A stretch of 36,913 nucleotides of DNA from Catajapyx aquilonaris. Lineage: Eukaryota. The position numbers were made by a program, and so were the translations under genes. The stretch's first letter is position 1. Each line of letters starts with the position of its first letter. Under the pieces are notes generated by a model that was not told the DNA's origin, did no database searches, and saw only the letters and a list, made by a program, of their open reading frames with translations. This document shows, piece after piece, positions 11,622-21,990 of the stretch. The DNA lies in contig KZ539000.1 in the NCBI GenBank assembly GCA_000934665.2, positions 1-36,913 of the forward strand, given 5' to 3'.

Positions 11622-11909
11622 TCTATATAAATAAAGCCGTTTGTGAGTCTGTCTGTCTGTCTGTCCGCCTGCCAACCGTCATTTGCCTGCCATCTGTGCT
11701 CCACCCCCAGGCCGGGAGAGGATGGAGGTGTTGGGGGTTGACTACAGATGGCAGGCAAGTGACGGTTGCCGTTATACAGGTGGGAGAGGTTGAAGGTGTT
11801 GGAGTAGCAGGACCACAGATGGCATTGGTGGGCAGACAGTTGACGGGGCTACTGGCTGGTGTTTTCCCTTCATTAATTTCTTCCCGGCAACACCGGGTGC
11901 CGCAGCTAG
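11622..11909 (+). mobile_element. Non-autonomous Helitron-like element 1
   Basis: 5' A|TCTATATAAATAAAG then (GTCT)n. 3' hairpin CCCGGCAACACCGGG followed by CAGCTAG|T. No TSD. Confidence 0.75.
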
Positions 11910-12084
11910 TCTAATATAAAAGGGAAAGTTTGTTGGTATATGTCCCATCGCTCTGTCCCTATACCTCCCCGGTTCCTCTACCGGGGTTACCATGGCAATT
12001 GCATTACCGTGGAAATGGTGTGTACATACTGTCATATAAACGGGATTCTTCAATTCCTGTGCTGAAGAACGGGTAAACAGCTAG
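11910..12084 (+). mobile_element. Non-autonomous Helitron-like element 2, directly abutting element 1
   Basis: Starts TCTAATATAAAAG right after the CTAG of element 1. Ends in a degenerate hairpin CTGTGCTGAAGAACGGG followed by CAGCTAG|T. Confidence 0.65.
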
Positions 12085-12680
12085 TTGTAAATTTTTTTAA
12101 AAAAATCCGTCAAAAAATTAGCTCGGCTATTTCTGAAGCTGGTTGTGGTAGTATGGCCCAAATACCGTGACGCTACAGAGTGAAACATGCTTCGAGTGCT
12201 GAGGTAAATATAACATCCGATTGCTGTGTGTACCCATTCCGACGCATTCCGCACTATTTCTTCTTTCTTGGAAAAAACTACTGTATAGCAACAGTATTCA
12301 AAAAAAGGGGGGGTGACCGGGGGGAAAAAAATCAACAAGTCATCCGTATAGTCAAACTCCCGTGAAATCCTGTCCTGTGATCATACACATTGCCCAACTA
12401 ACCGTAAGAGTTTGTGGCCGCTCTGACATTTAGCCGGTACAGCATAATGAGGTGTTACAAACACTCATTCACAGGCCAGCATGACGAGAAGGGTGACAAC
12501 CCCACGATAATCTCATTTAGAACCAGATTGGCAAATCACACGAGCGTGATTCGAGTAGACTTTTACTCAATTGCCACGGAAATTCAAATTGGTCAACAAT
12601 GACAGAATGTCGTCAGGGCTACGCTTTCACTTTGGGAGACGCTACATTTTTACCTACTTTCCTAGGCTGGTATCTGATGA

Positions 12681-12760
12681 AAGATAGGGGTGTATCCGCT
12701 GAAGATAGGGTGTATCCGCTGAAGATAGGGGTGTATCCGCTGAAGATAGGGGTGTATCCG
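12681..12760 (+). repeat. 21-bp tandem repeat, 4 copies
   Basis: Unit GAAGATAGGGGTGTATCCGCT; one copy lacks a G. Confidence 0.92.
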
Positions 12761-12885
12761 TCGGGAAGGAAAGTTAGGTCATCGGTTATGTTGGTAATGT
12801 ACGAAAAACGAGAGAATGGTCTGACGTCATCGTTTCTTCCATTGTTGCCTTTTCTTGACACTGTTTACTCATATTGTTATGTGAG

Positions 12886-13216
12886 AGGGAGACGGAGTGG
12901 CGCCGCGGTAACGCGCGCGCCCACGGAAGTTAAGGTCCCGGGTTCGATCCCCACCCGGGGTTCCCACCATCTTTCGTGCAGAGTTGGGCCATCTCTGGCT
13001 TCGTTTCGGGTGGCAATTTCCGATAGACTAAGCCACCCGGGGGAGTTCACAAAATGACCAATTAACGACAGCGCACATGCACTTTGCACATCCCCTCCTA
13101 ACGACCCGTGAAACACACTAAATACTTTCAGTATACTAGTTTCACCACAGATGGTGGTAGCCCACCCCCCTAAACGAGCCTCAGGCTCGAGCACGGGGTA
13201 TCAATAAAGAAAAAAA
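12886..13216 (+). mobile_element. tRNA-derived SINE
   Basis: Pol III A-box-like TGGCGCCGCGG near 12898 and B-box GGTTCGATCCC at 12941. AATAAA and A-tail at 13203-13216. Perfect 15-bp TSD ATATTGTTATGTGAG at 12871-12885 and 13217-13231. Confidence 0.9.
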
Positions 13217-14223
13217 ATATTGTTATGTGAGGGTATATTTACATGGAAACCTTGATGACGCCTCATTTTCCGTACTTTACAGGCAAATTGGGTCAGCCGA
13301 TATGAAAGTCCGTTGTCAGTCTCATTTACGGTACCAAGGAACACAAGGAGCCTGTATATAGGCTGACCTTGGCGGATAGAGTGTACCCGGAAAACCGGAA
13401 GTGTTGGGTCACCAGAAGTTAGCCATAATACATATTTTGGTCACGCTGAATCCGAATCCGAAACCCGTTTGTCGATATCTCTTACGGTTTAGGCCCTGAT
13501 ACATGTCCACAGACGGACATAGCCGTTCTACTTTTTTCGATGAGAAAAAGTCTGAAAATTATTCCGACCTGTACTATTACCATGAACCGTTTCCTCTTTA
13601 TCTTCTCTATCTTTAGGTAGTCGAGTCAGGTAAAGTGCCTCGTGGCACTTTCAGCCCTTAATGAATGGTCAAGTCGACCATTTGTTTCCCGNNNNNNNNN
13701 NNNNNNNNNNNNNNNNNNNNNNNNNNNNNAAAAAAAAAAAATGTACAGGGAGAGGAAAAACCTTGGAAACTAATTGGAAATCTGACTGCCGGATGGGGTT
13801 GACAAACAAGGTGACATGGATGAGCATGACAGGGGACTGGGGAGGTATTTAGCGCTTTGAAAACCGCAGCTGCCACACTGTATGGGGGGGCGATGACACG
13901 GGACGGGGGTATACCAAGACCAAAAATAGTCGATCAGTGTTTTTTTTTAAAGGGGGGGTCGAAATGTAGGGCTCGGGGCAAAATCGTGGCTTGCAGAGTG
14001 CAATTCATTTGGTGCCAACAGATGGTGCTTGTCGGACTGATACGGTTTTTGTCTGGTTTCCAAAAGCTGAGATACTGGGTTTAAATCCGACCGAATTTGA
14101 GTTATCAGAAAAGTTTATAAGTGCGGGACAAAACATGCCAACAAAACCGTCGTGGCGTGATAAGTTCGGAAAATTGATGACAGATGGCGCATGCTGCACC
14201 TTTCCCAATTTTCTATAAGCCTA

Positions 14224-14521
14224 CACTGTAAACCGCAAAGCGCCACAAAGCATTAAAAGAGCATCAAAAGAGCATTAACCCATGGAAAAACAATTTGTTA
14301 TGCTCTTGTGACGCTCTTCTAATATTTTTGTTGCTAAAAGCATCAAAAAACATTACAAGAGCATTAACCATAAGAGACTCAGTATAGTGATGCTTTTTAA
14401 TGCTTTGATGATGCTCTTTTAATGCTTTTGTTGCTAAAAGCAACATTAAAAGAGCATTAAAATTGATGCTCCATGAGAGACGTAGTAGTGATGCTCTTTT
14501 AATGGTTTGCGATTTACACTG
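14224..14521. mobile_element. MITE with CACTGTAAA termini, built from AGCATTAAAAG-type modules
   Basis: TA|CACTGTAAACCGCAAA...TTTGCGATTTACACTG|TA. Interior consists of direct and inverted ~11-bp modules. Homologous to 24412-24601. Confidence 0.8.
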
Positions 14522-14546
14522 TACCTACACTATCTAAGCCTTAACG

Positions 14547-14896
14547 AGATTGGCAAATCACATCAGAGGGATCCGAGTAGACTTTTTCTCACTGCCAAAT
14601 AAATTCAAATTGAACAATAATGATTGTTGGCAGACTCATTTCTCGTTGCCAAGTAACCCTAGGAAAATAATTTGTAAAGCATGTAGACTTGACCTTGGCG
14701 CATAGATTGTACCGGGAAAACCAGAAGTGGCCAGTCACCGGAAGCTGACCATGAAACCTGTTTAGGGCTCGCTGAATCCAAATTCGAACACCGTTTGTCG
14801 TTATCTCATACAGTTTAGGTCCTGATACTTGTTCACGGACGGACGGACGGACAGACCATATGTAAGGCTTTTTTTTTAAAAAAAAGCAAAGGTCAA
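14547..14896 (+). repeat. Dispersed repeat copy B, with (GGAC)n and a terminal GCTTTTT..AAAAAGC hairpin
   Basis: Colinear with copy A. A (GGAC)n microsatellite and stem-loop near the 3' end resemble DINE/Helentron-associated elements. Confidence 0.7.
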
Positions 14897-14909
14897 ATAT
14901 CTGACTGAC

Positions 14910-15207
14910 CTGATGGGCGATGGTGACCAGCTCCCTCTCCTTCTCCTGGAGGTCCTCCAGGGTGCAAGTGTATGGCGCTGGTCCCATGCAGGACTTCATT
15001 GGCATGACCGCTGAGACCCTGGGCATGGTCGCAGCTGATGACCCACTGCGACGAGGCAGGGTGGACTGGGTACGGGGCAAGGTTTGAGAAGCCACGGCGA
15101 ATGGAGTGGCGATTCCTCCAGCCACTGGTGCCTTCGGGGTCAAAGGTGCTGGCTGGGCCACTGGAGACAGGGGCTGACCTCCACTCAGTCCTGGGGACTG
15201 ATTTCCT
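14910..15207 (-). CDS. Zasp66: Zasp66-like exon 3 (Pro/Ser/Ala-rich linker)
   Basis: atttcag|AGGAAAT, phase 2. Encodes GNQSPGLSGGQPLSPVAQPAPLTPK...EDLQEKERELVTIAHQ. Donor GTCAGT, phase 0, joins Q|PYRTT. Confidence 0.85.
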
Positions 15208-15518
15208 CTGAAATTAATTTCCTCGAGGTCAAAACTGGGTCAACTCCTTGGAGACCGAACTCATGAAGAGCCGAACTAGGAATGCCTGCCAGTTCATATC
15301 GCCTTGGAATAGATAGGTGCCCCCCCCCCTCCTCCCCATGTTCCCAAAATCGCAAGAGGGGGGCCCACCCATAAATTACGTAACAACTTTTTTCTACTTC
15401 TTCCAAGATATAAATAAGGCCATTAGCAGCCGCCCACCTGAAAGTACGTCACTTCACTAGTTTTTCTTAGCATCGTTTTGCCACCCACTTTTTCACGACA
15501 AGGTGCCCAAACACATAC

Positions 15519-15667
15519 CTGGCCACGGTGATGTCAATGGTGTTGCCTGTGTTCTTGATGAGGTTGTGTGCATCCTGATGTGACAGTTGGGCTGAGTCGT
15601 AGGGACCGATTCTCAGGATGGTGTCACCACGATGGAGTTCACCCTCCGAAGGGGTGCCCACAATCAC
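15519..15667 (-). CDS. Zasp66: Zasp66-like exon 2 (PDZ C-terminal half)
   Basis: atttcag acceptor. Encodes VIVGTPSEGELHRGDTILRIGPYDSAQLSHQDAHNLIKNTGNTIDITVA(R). Donor GTATGT. Confidence 0.93.
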
Positions 15668-16936
15668 CTGAAATGTGGCCAAAGGAAGACTCAACATCCT
15701 TGTAGGTAAAGAATATGTAAACAAACCTGATAGCAAAATAAACACACCGAGAGGAAACGCTACGAACGGCACATACACATTTCACTATGCAAATATGGCC
15801 TACTTCTGCCGCATTTTATACTTATTCAGGGGGAAAGTAGCCCTACATGCACGTTGGTGATGAGTCAATGCGTGGACAAAGCCCACCAGCTCTACTGAAA
15901 TGTGTCACACCCTCTCTGACCGCTCTCTAATTGTTGAACTGGTAAAGTGAAAAACTACCTAGACGATGAGTCAACATGGACTTATAAGCAGACAGACAGA
16001 ATAAGGGGATTAGTAGTATGATAATCTATATTATTAAAAGCCGACTGTCATGAAAACTCTTCCCGCACCGTACGGCCTACAGTTATGGGAGTGGTGTCCA
16101 AATTTTGCCCATGTTTTCTATATTTGCAAACCACTTTTGTTTTTGTTTTTTGGAGACGGTGCCGAGGGACATTGTAAAACTCAAAAAAACGCGATAAAAA
16201 ACCAGACCGCGTCCGTTCCACGGAATTCCCATTTCTGCCGTTCCGGGCGCCAGGGCGCCACCTCCTGGGTGGCAACTCGCTTACTTCGACACTTCACCGT
16301 CGGATGTCGCTTCGATACCAAATTTTTTTGCCAAATTTTGGCAAGTTGGTGTCTAGTATAATATTGATCATGGTGGTGCGAGTACACTAAGATGAGTCTA
16401 AAAAGGCGGGTAGTAATTTGAGTGCATAGGCGTTGCCAAGCACTCTGCATGATTTACAACTTAAGAAAGGCTGCTACTAAACAGAGTTGCATAAGAATAT
16501 TAGCAAGAAAGGTGCTTAAAATGTTTGCCCATATGATTTACACCACACGTTAAAAAACTAGGTGCTTGCATTCCTTGAAAGTTCGTATAAGCGAAGAACG
16601 TTAAAAATTGCTAAAACAGCGATCGGGTTCTAAAAACCAGACCGCCACATGTTCAAACGTTGCAAAGAGCATTTTGCACAGGTCGGTAGGCCTGTGTTAG
16701 GTCTTTACACTAATTAATGCTGTATGGGGAATCAGGGGAGTTGTGGGGAGATGCCATCAAACGATCCGTCCATAGCCAATTAATCCGTTTTGCACAATAG
16801 ATCACCGGTGTGGAAACTTGAAATTATCATTAAAATGACAAGGATCATCCGGCAAAATTTGTGGCCCAAAATACATTGAAAACTCAGTAACGCATATACA
16901 CACTTGTGTGCACAAACTGAACTCTAATGCTGGACG

Positions 16937-17020
16937 TTAATGGTGTCATACTGGTGGCGCCACAAAAACATTCGATTAGTTGTTTTTTTGCCGCAATCGC
17001 CACCAGTACGACACCATTAA
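16937..17020. mobile_element. 84-bp inverted-repeat element (mini-MITE)
   Basis: TTAATGGTGTCATACTGGTGGCG ... CGCCACCAGTACGACACCATTAA: 23-bp arms with 1 mismatch, TTAA at both ends. Confidence 0.6.
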
Positions 17021-18649
17021 ATGTTCACAGATATTTGCTGTAATTTTACAACAAATGTGACAAAAATGCATTATCTTATAACATTTTATTGTAGATTGTT
17101 ACAATGTTTCACTATTTTTTTGTACTTTTTTTTAAAATGGGGGATTGTAACGCATTACTGGTTCCTCCCGTACGAAAATCATACGCAGCAAATCTGGGTC
17201 AGACAGACATCTGGCAATGTATATTAGCTGCCTTTCCTGCTTTGCCAATGTTGGAAGCCATCCAAAATGGCCGCCAGGACTTCCTGGCTTGAGTGGGGGG
17301 TTCCTACAATTTCTGTAGGTGGTGTTGGACGAATTCATCTTCATCCCACCTTCCATGCTTATGGCAGGGAGTCAATAAAGCCACATTATGCGAAAACTCC
17401 CTTCCCCTTTTTGCAACTTAAAAAAAACATATTAGAGAGGAAGGGAGGGGTATCCCACTAGTCTAAGAATGTTATTATCATTCCCACTCTGCCTAACATT
17501 TTCCTTGGGATTTCAACCGCAACTCTATGCGCATTCCAAGACCCTTTATTGCACGGCCCCTTCTTTGAAGAGGAAACATCTAGGAGAGGAAGTGTCTAAA
17601 ACTTGAGACCATTCTCTCCCAGCAAGAAAACCCATCCTCCCTCACAGTCCCCCCCTTCCAAATCGACTTGGTAACGATCTCTTCATAATCCATAAAAGCA
17701 AAGTTATCTCTTATTAAGCAGCACTATCGAGACGTGGAAAGCCGCAGATTGTTACGAATCTGAAAATTGGTTGTGCTCGGATCATTAAGGAGTAATATTG
17801 GAATTCACTAGGCAGCAAGGTTATTGTTTCCACGAGTTACATGCATGGAAGCTGGAACTGTCTAGGATTCTCTCTAGCCGCTTTTGTGTGATGTTTCATA
17901 CTGCTTTTGGAAAGCCTAGGGGCTAAAAACATGGGTATAAGCTAAAAGCTGCACACAAAAGCACAGTTCTGAGAAAATCTTCAAAGTTGACTTGCGCTGC
18001 GTGAATCACGGGGAGGAGAACTTTTGGAATAGTTATTGTAACGTGCACCACAGGAATGGATGCCATGTCTTGCAGCTGTTTATAGCTGACTAGGAAACAA
18101 CATATCATACTGCGAATAGTATTGTGATATCAATACAACAAAATTGTGTTCAAGCCACAAAATAATTTCATCAACTAATCATTGAATCAACCCGTGTTAT
18201 AGAGTCAGGCAAACATTTAACTCCCTATTGAGCTAGCCTATACCAACTATAAACTTGCTATTGTCATGTCCCACACAAATTTACTGTAAAACCAGTGTTG
18301 ATTGATTTACAGCATTATTAACAATGCAAAAGCCCTTACAGAGGATGAGGTTATTGATTGATCAAAGGTACCATTACGGCCATTACGGTATGCCATGTTA
18401 TTGTTAGGTCGAGTTGTTTATTATTGATAGGTTTAGTACGTGCTGGTATTTCGAGGATACATTTGTTACCCTCCCCGATAGGCAATAAGCCATAATTTCT
18501 AAAACGTGGTCTGCATTCGATATACAACCGCGGGTCAATAGGTAGTGCTGAAATTTTGTTTTTTAAAGAACTGCCAAAAAATGTACCCTAAAATAGCCAA
18601 CACCCCCAGGTTCAACACCCCAATATTTCGTGGGGGTGGGTCCACTTAC

Positions 18650-18769
18650 CCTCTGTATGACGAGTGGAGTACCCAAATCGGCCCCTCCAACCATCCGAAA
18701 CCCCCATGGTTGACCAAACCCATCTCTACGTAGGGTAACAGTCACAACCCCTTGCTTCACATTCACCAT
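18650..18769 (-). CDS. Zasp66: Zasp66-like exon 1 (PDZ N-terminal half)
   Basis: CAAAATG start context. Encodes MVNVKQGVVTVTLRRDGFGQPWGFRMVGGADLGTPLVIQR, with the ALP/Enigma/Zasp PDZ motif PWGFR. Donor GTAAGT. The 8 core exons total 1101 nt in frame. Confidence 0.93.
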
Positions 18770-18811
18770 TTTGATTGATCCTCTTTAAAAAATTTGGGAC
18801 ACTCCCCGTGA

Positions 18812-18848
18812 AACTCACTGCACCATAACCACCGAAAAAATATATATA
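18812..18848 (-). promoter_or_regulatory. Putative core promoter of the Zasp66-like gene (TATA + Inr-like)
   Basis: On the - strand, TATATATA (18848-18841) lies 29 nt upstream of the A in GCAGTG (18819), about 50 nt before the ATG. Confidence 0.55.
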
Positions 18849-18993
18849 AAGTAGTTTAACCCCCCCCTGTAATTGAACAGTAGCTGGTTCCTCCGGCTTG
18901 TCCGCTTAGCTACTAAACTAGCCCACGCAGCACATTACAATGCGAAGAAGAGAGAGAGAGACACTGAGCTATCCACGTCCACCATGTCCAAAG

Positions 18994-19003
18994 CTATTTT
19001 TGG
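18994..19003. promoter_or_regulatory. MEF2-like site
   Basis: CTATTTTTGG (CCAAAAATAG on -), about 175 nt upstream of the putative TSS of a muscle-type gene. Confidence 0.4.
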
Positions 19004-19371
19004 GACAACCCCTACCACATGCTGATGTCACCTTAAACTTAGTGCCAAATTGCGACATGCTAATTAATAGCGCACCTTACGCTTTTAATAAACTATTTTA
19101 TTAGATGAGTGGGCTTCAAAAAAATTGTGAACCCAAAATAGTCATTGGTGGGTATAGAGAGACATCTTCAAGTGGACGCCTGCAAAAGCACGTTTTTTTT
19201 TTGTTTCGAAAGGGCCAATCCTCTCCCGTGTTTACTACATATCTCCCCTGGGCCGAGCAAGGACTGGGACGTCCAAATTTAGAGGCCCCTGGCTGGCTAC
19301 TTTCCACTTGTGGATGCAGGAAGAGTGAGAGAGGAAAAGAGCGAGTTCAGACAAGGATCTGGATTCCGTTT

Positions 19372-19449
19372 CACTTCCGCCATTTTCGCATTCGGTGGCG
19401 TCACGGACGTGACGTCACAAAACAATTTGTCAAGTTCCAAATGACGTCA
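19372..19449. promoter_or_regulatory. Cluster of two CRE palindromes and an ETS/YY1-like motif
   Basis: TGACGTCA at 19410-19417 and 19442-19449; CACTTCCGCCATTTT at 19372-19386. Confidence 0.35.
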
Positions 19450-20555
19450 CTATTGTCATAATGGCAACAAATGTGAACACAATATTCTGTGATGTTTAAT
19501 GTATGCTCATTTAATGGCAAGTACATTCATATTGAAATAATGTGAACGTACTATTTCAGCCAATTTACAATGGACACATTCATACCCATCTCATTCCAGA
19601 GCTCATTATTAACAACATGCTCGTGTACCATTTTTTTACAGTAATGCACAGCAATTACTGGGACTGCTTCAAACACGTTGTTTTTTCAAGTAACTATGTT
19701 CCTGGCATAATAACATTGCAAAGTGTGGAACAAAAGCAGGTTCAACAATACAAAACGAAACTACACACTTTTAAAAATGCTCCACCAATTTTTTTGTGTG
19801 GACTTATTGAATTCTAGCGTTTAATGTACCCTTCTAACGAACGATTCTATACCGCTGAATAAACCGTCAGAAAAGCCTTGCATTAGCATTCCCAACGTGA
19901 TCGCTGACAGCCACTGGAAAAAAAACCACGACCAAAAACCCTCTCTTCCACAGGGCATAAATTTTACACGACATCTGTCACGAAGACAGACCTTCACCCC
20001 CTCCTTGCCATCTCGAGTATCCAAAGAAGGACCGACGAATCGGAATTTGCGAATATAGAAAAGACCGTCTAGAATCGCAAGATGGGTTAGAAGGCTTCCG
20101 ATGCGACCAAGCGGCCATTAGCCAAACTATACCAGCAAAAGAGGGCGCCATCTGCTGCAAACTGTACTTTTTTTCTTCTTTTTCATTCACCCTGTGATTT
20201 TTTTTTTTCGTTTTCTTCAAGAGAGGTTGGGAAACAATCCAAGTCGGAAATGTATACCCGTTTCGCTAAAAATATGCTGCACTTTTGCTGGCTGCCTTTT
20301 TCCTTGACCCCAGACAACAAATGGGTGACATGTCAACAATAGAGGCTTGGTTGGTAAACGGCCCGTGAATCATTTGGGCTGTCGCATCAATTGGGGATTA
20401 ATTCAATGGGCCCACAAAATGACAAAGTGGTTTCGCGCGTCGTCGAATTGCCTGCGACGATAAGAGGACGCATGTGCAATACTGACAGCGAATATGTTGT
20501 CAAAATTGGACAAAGTCTGAGTGTGAACAATCAAACCATTTTAACGAGGTGGCCA

Positions 20556-20680
20556 CGTAGTAGTATTCTTCACGCATAGATGGCGCACACTCCTGCCACC
20601 TGTGTGGCTAGCGATACTATCAGCACAAATATCCGACAGAAATAATAAGGCTATTAGTGAGCAAGATTTCTCCACAATTG
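20556..20680 (+). repeat. Dispersed repeat, copy 2
   Basis: Homologous to 9422-9573. Confidence 0.8.
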
Positions 20681-21844
20681 CCCCTGGTTACTATACGACC
20701 CGTTGTACAAGAGAGGCTGATAGGTTACCTATATGCCAGGATAAGCCTGGTTTCAAGGTCATTCCCATTCAATACCGCCAAAATGACATTGCCCTTGTGA
20801 CTTTCTTTCCTGGCAAAGGACACCCCCCCCCCCCCCCCCCNCCGCCACTTTACCTTGATTCTATTTTTAACGTTGGCTTTAATTCACCTTCTCTTCCATC
20901 AACATCTCTTTTGCATACCGCGCATCTGGCCTTAGCTGACTGTGATTAACCCATTCAAAAGATTTCTCTTTCCGCCACACCGACTCTGCCGGAATTGCGA
21001 AGATTGCAACCGCGATGCCCGTGAGGGGTTTCCCACAAATCCTGAAGACATCAGAGGAAAATTCGCAGCGAATTAAAGTGGGAGGAAAAGAAGCAATTTG
21101 TGAGCACGAAACTATAGTGATTGTTCAGTACAAAAGTGACATACACGCATGTCCTTCGTTGTCTGCCAGGACTAATAATAACTGGCTTTCGTATAGTATT
21201 GCCAACTGTGTGGCCATTCGACAATGTCGAGGTTTCTTCCCTTTGTATATTTGCTTCTCCTTCACCTTGGCCCTTTTTTTTGTGGTTCTTATAACCTCGA
21301 GCACTGTACGAATGACAATTGCTTCATCGTTTTTTTTTTTCTTCTTCGCTTTTCTTCTTCTCACGAGGAGCTTCTCGAGTGCCTGTTGCGGAAATGGTCT
21401 AGTCACTGCTAATGATAAAATCAATATCGATTTCAAATATGTTCCTTTTCCGGACCGACACCGTTACCCTCCGTTAAAATGGTCTGAGGCCATTTAGCCA
21501 TTGTGTGAAAAACTCAGGATTTTTTATTTTTTTTTTATTGGGCCTTACGCCAGCTGCTTTCTGTTGAAATATTTTAAGTAATTACGACCGTGTTTATTAT
21601 CACTGGTTTTACGCCTGACATTGCCCAGACCCTGATGTCTAGAAGGCATGAAACACAGTGTACTGTAGCTATTTTCAGAAACATAAGGGCTTAAGAAATT
21701 GCGGAAATTAGTTTCAGCTAGTGAGGACATCAAATAATATTTTGCAGTGTTTAACCCAGACATGGCGTCCTATATGCAGGACACTCTTGTACAGTTAAAT
21801 CTTCAGACATTATGCTAGTTCATTTGCTCATTTAAAAATACTCG

Positions 21845-21990
21845 AAAATTAACACAAATAATGAAATTTAAAAATTAACACAAATAATGAAATTTAAAAA
21901 TTAACACAAATAATGAAATTTAAAAATTAACACAAATAATGAAATTTAAAAATCAACACAAATAATGAAATTTAAAAATTAACAAAAAAT
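21845..21990 (+). repeat. 26-bp AT-rich minisatellite, about 5.5 copies
   Basis: Unit AAAATTAACACAAATAATGAAATTTA. Confidence 0.92.

Larger units (their letters stand above)
12525..13560 (+). repeat. Dispersed repeat copy A (possibly Helentron/DINE-like), interrupted by extra sequence
   Basis: About 12525-12612 and 13309-13560 align colinearly with 14547-14896 (AGATTGGCAAATCACA...; TGACCTTGGCG..TAGA.TGTACC.GGAAAACC.GAAGTG...; GTTTAGG.CCTGATAC.TGT.CAC.GACGGAC). Confidence 0.7.

Noticed and set aside
12886..12965. Functional tRNA gene
   Set aside because: Has A/B boxes but continues into a ~250-bp body, A-tail and TSD, so it is a SINE head.
12599..13057. 152-aa ORF with PLKIGVY repeats
   Set aside because: Runs through a 21-bp minisatellite into a SINE; chance open frame.
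21125..21436. Lys-rich 103-aa ORF on the - strand
   Set aside because: Driven by T-rich tracts on +; no recognisable domain or convincing splice context.
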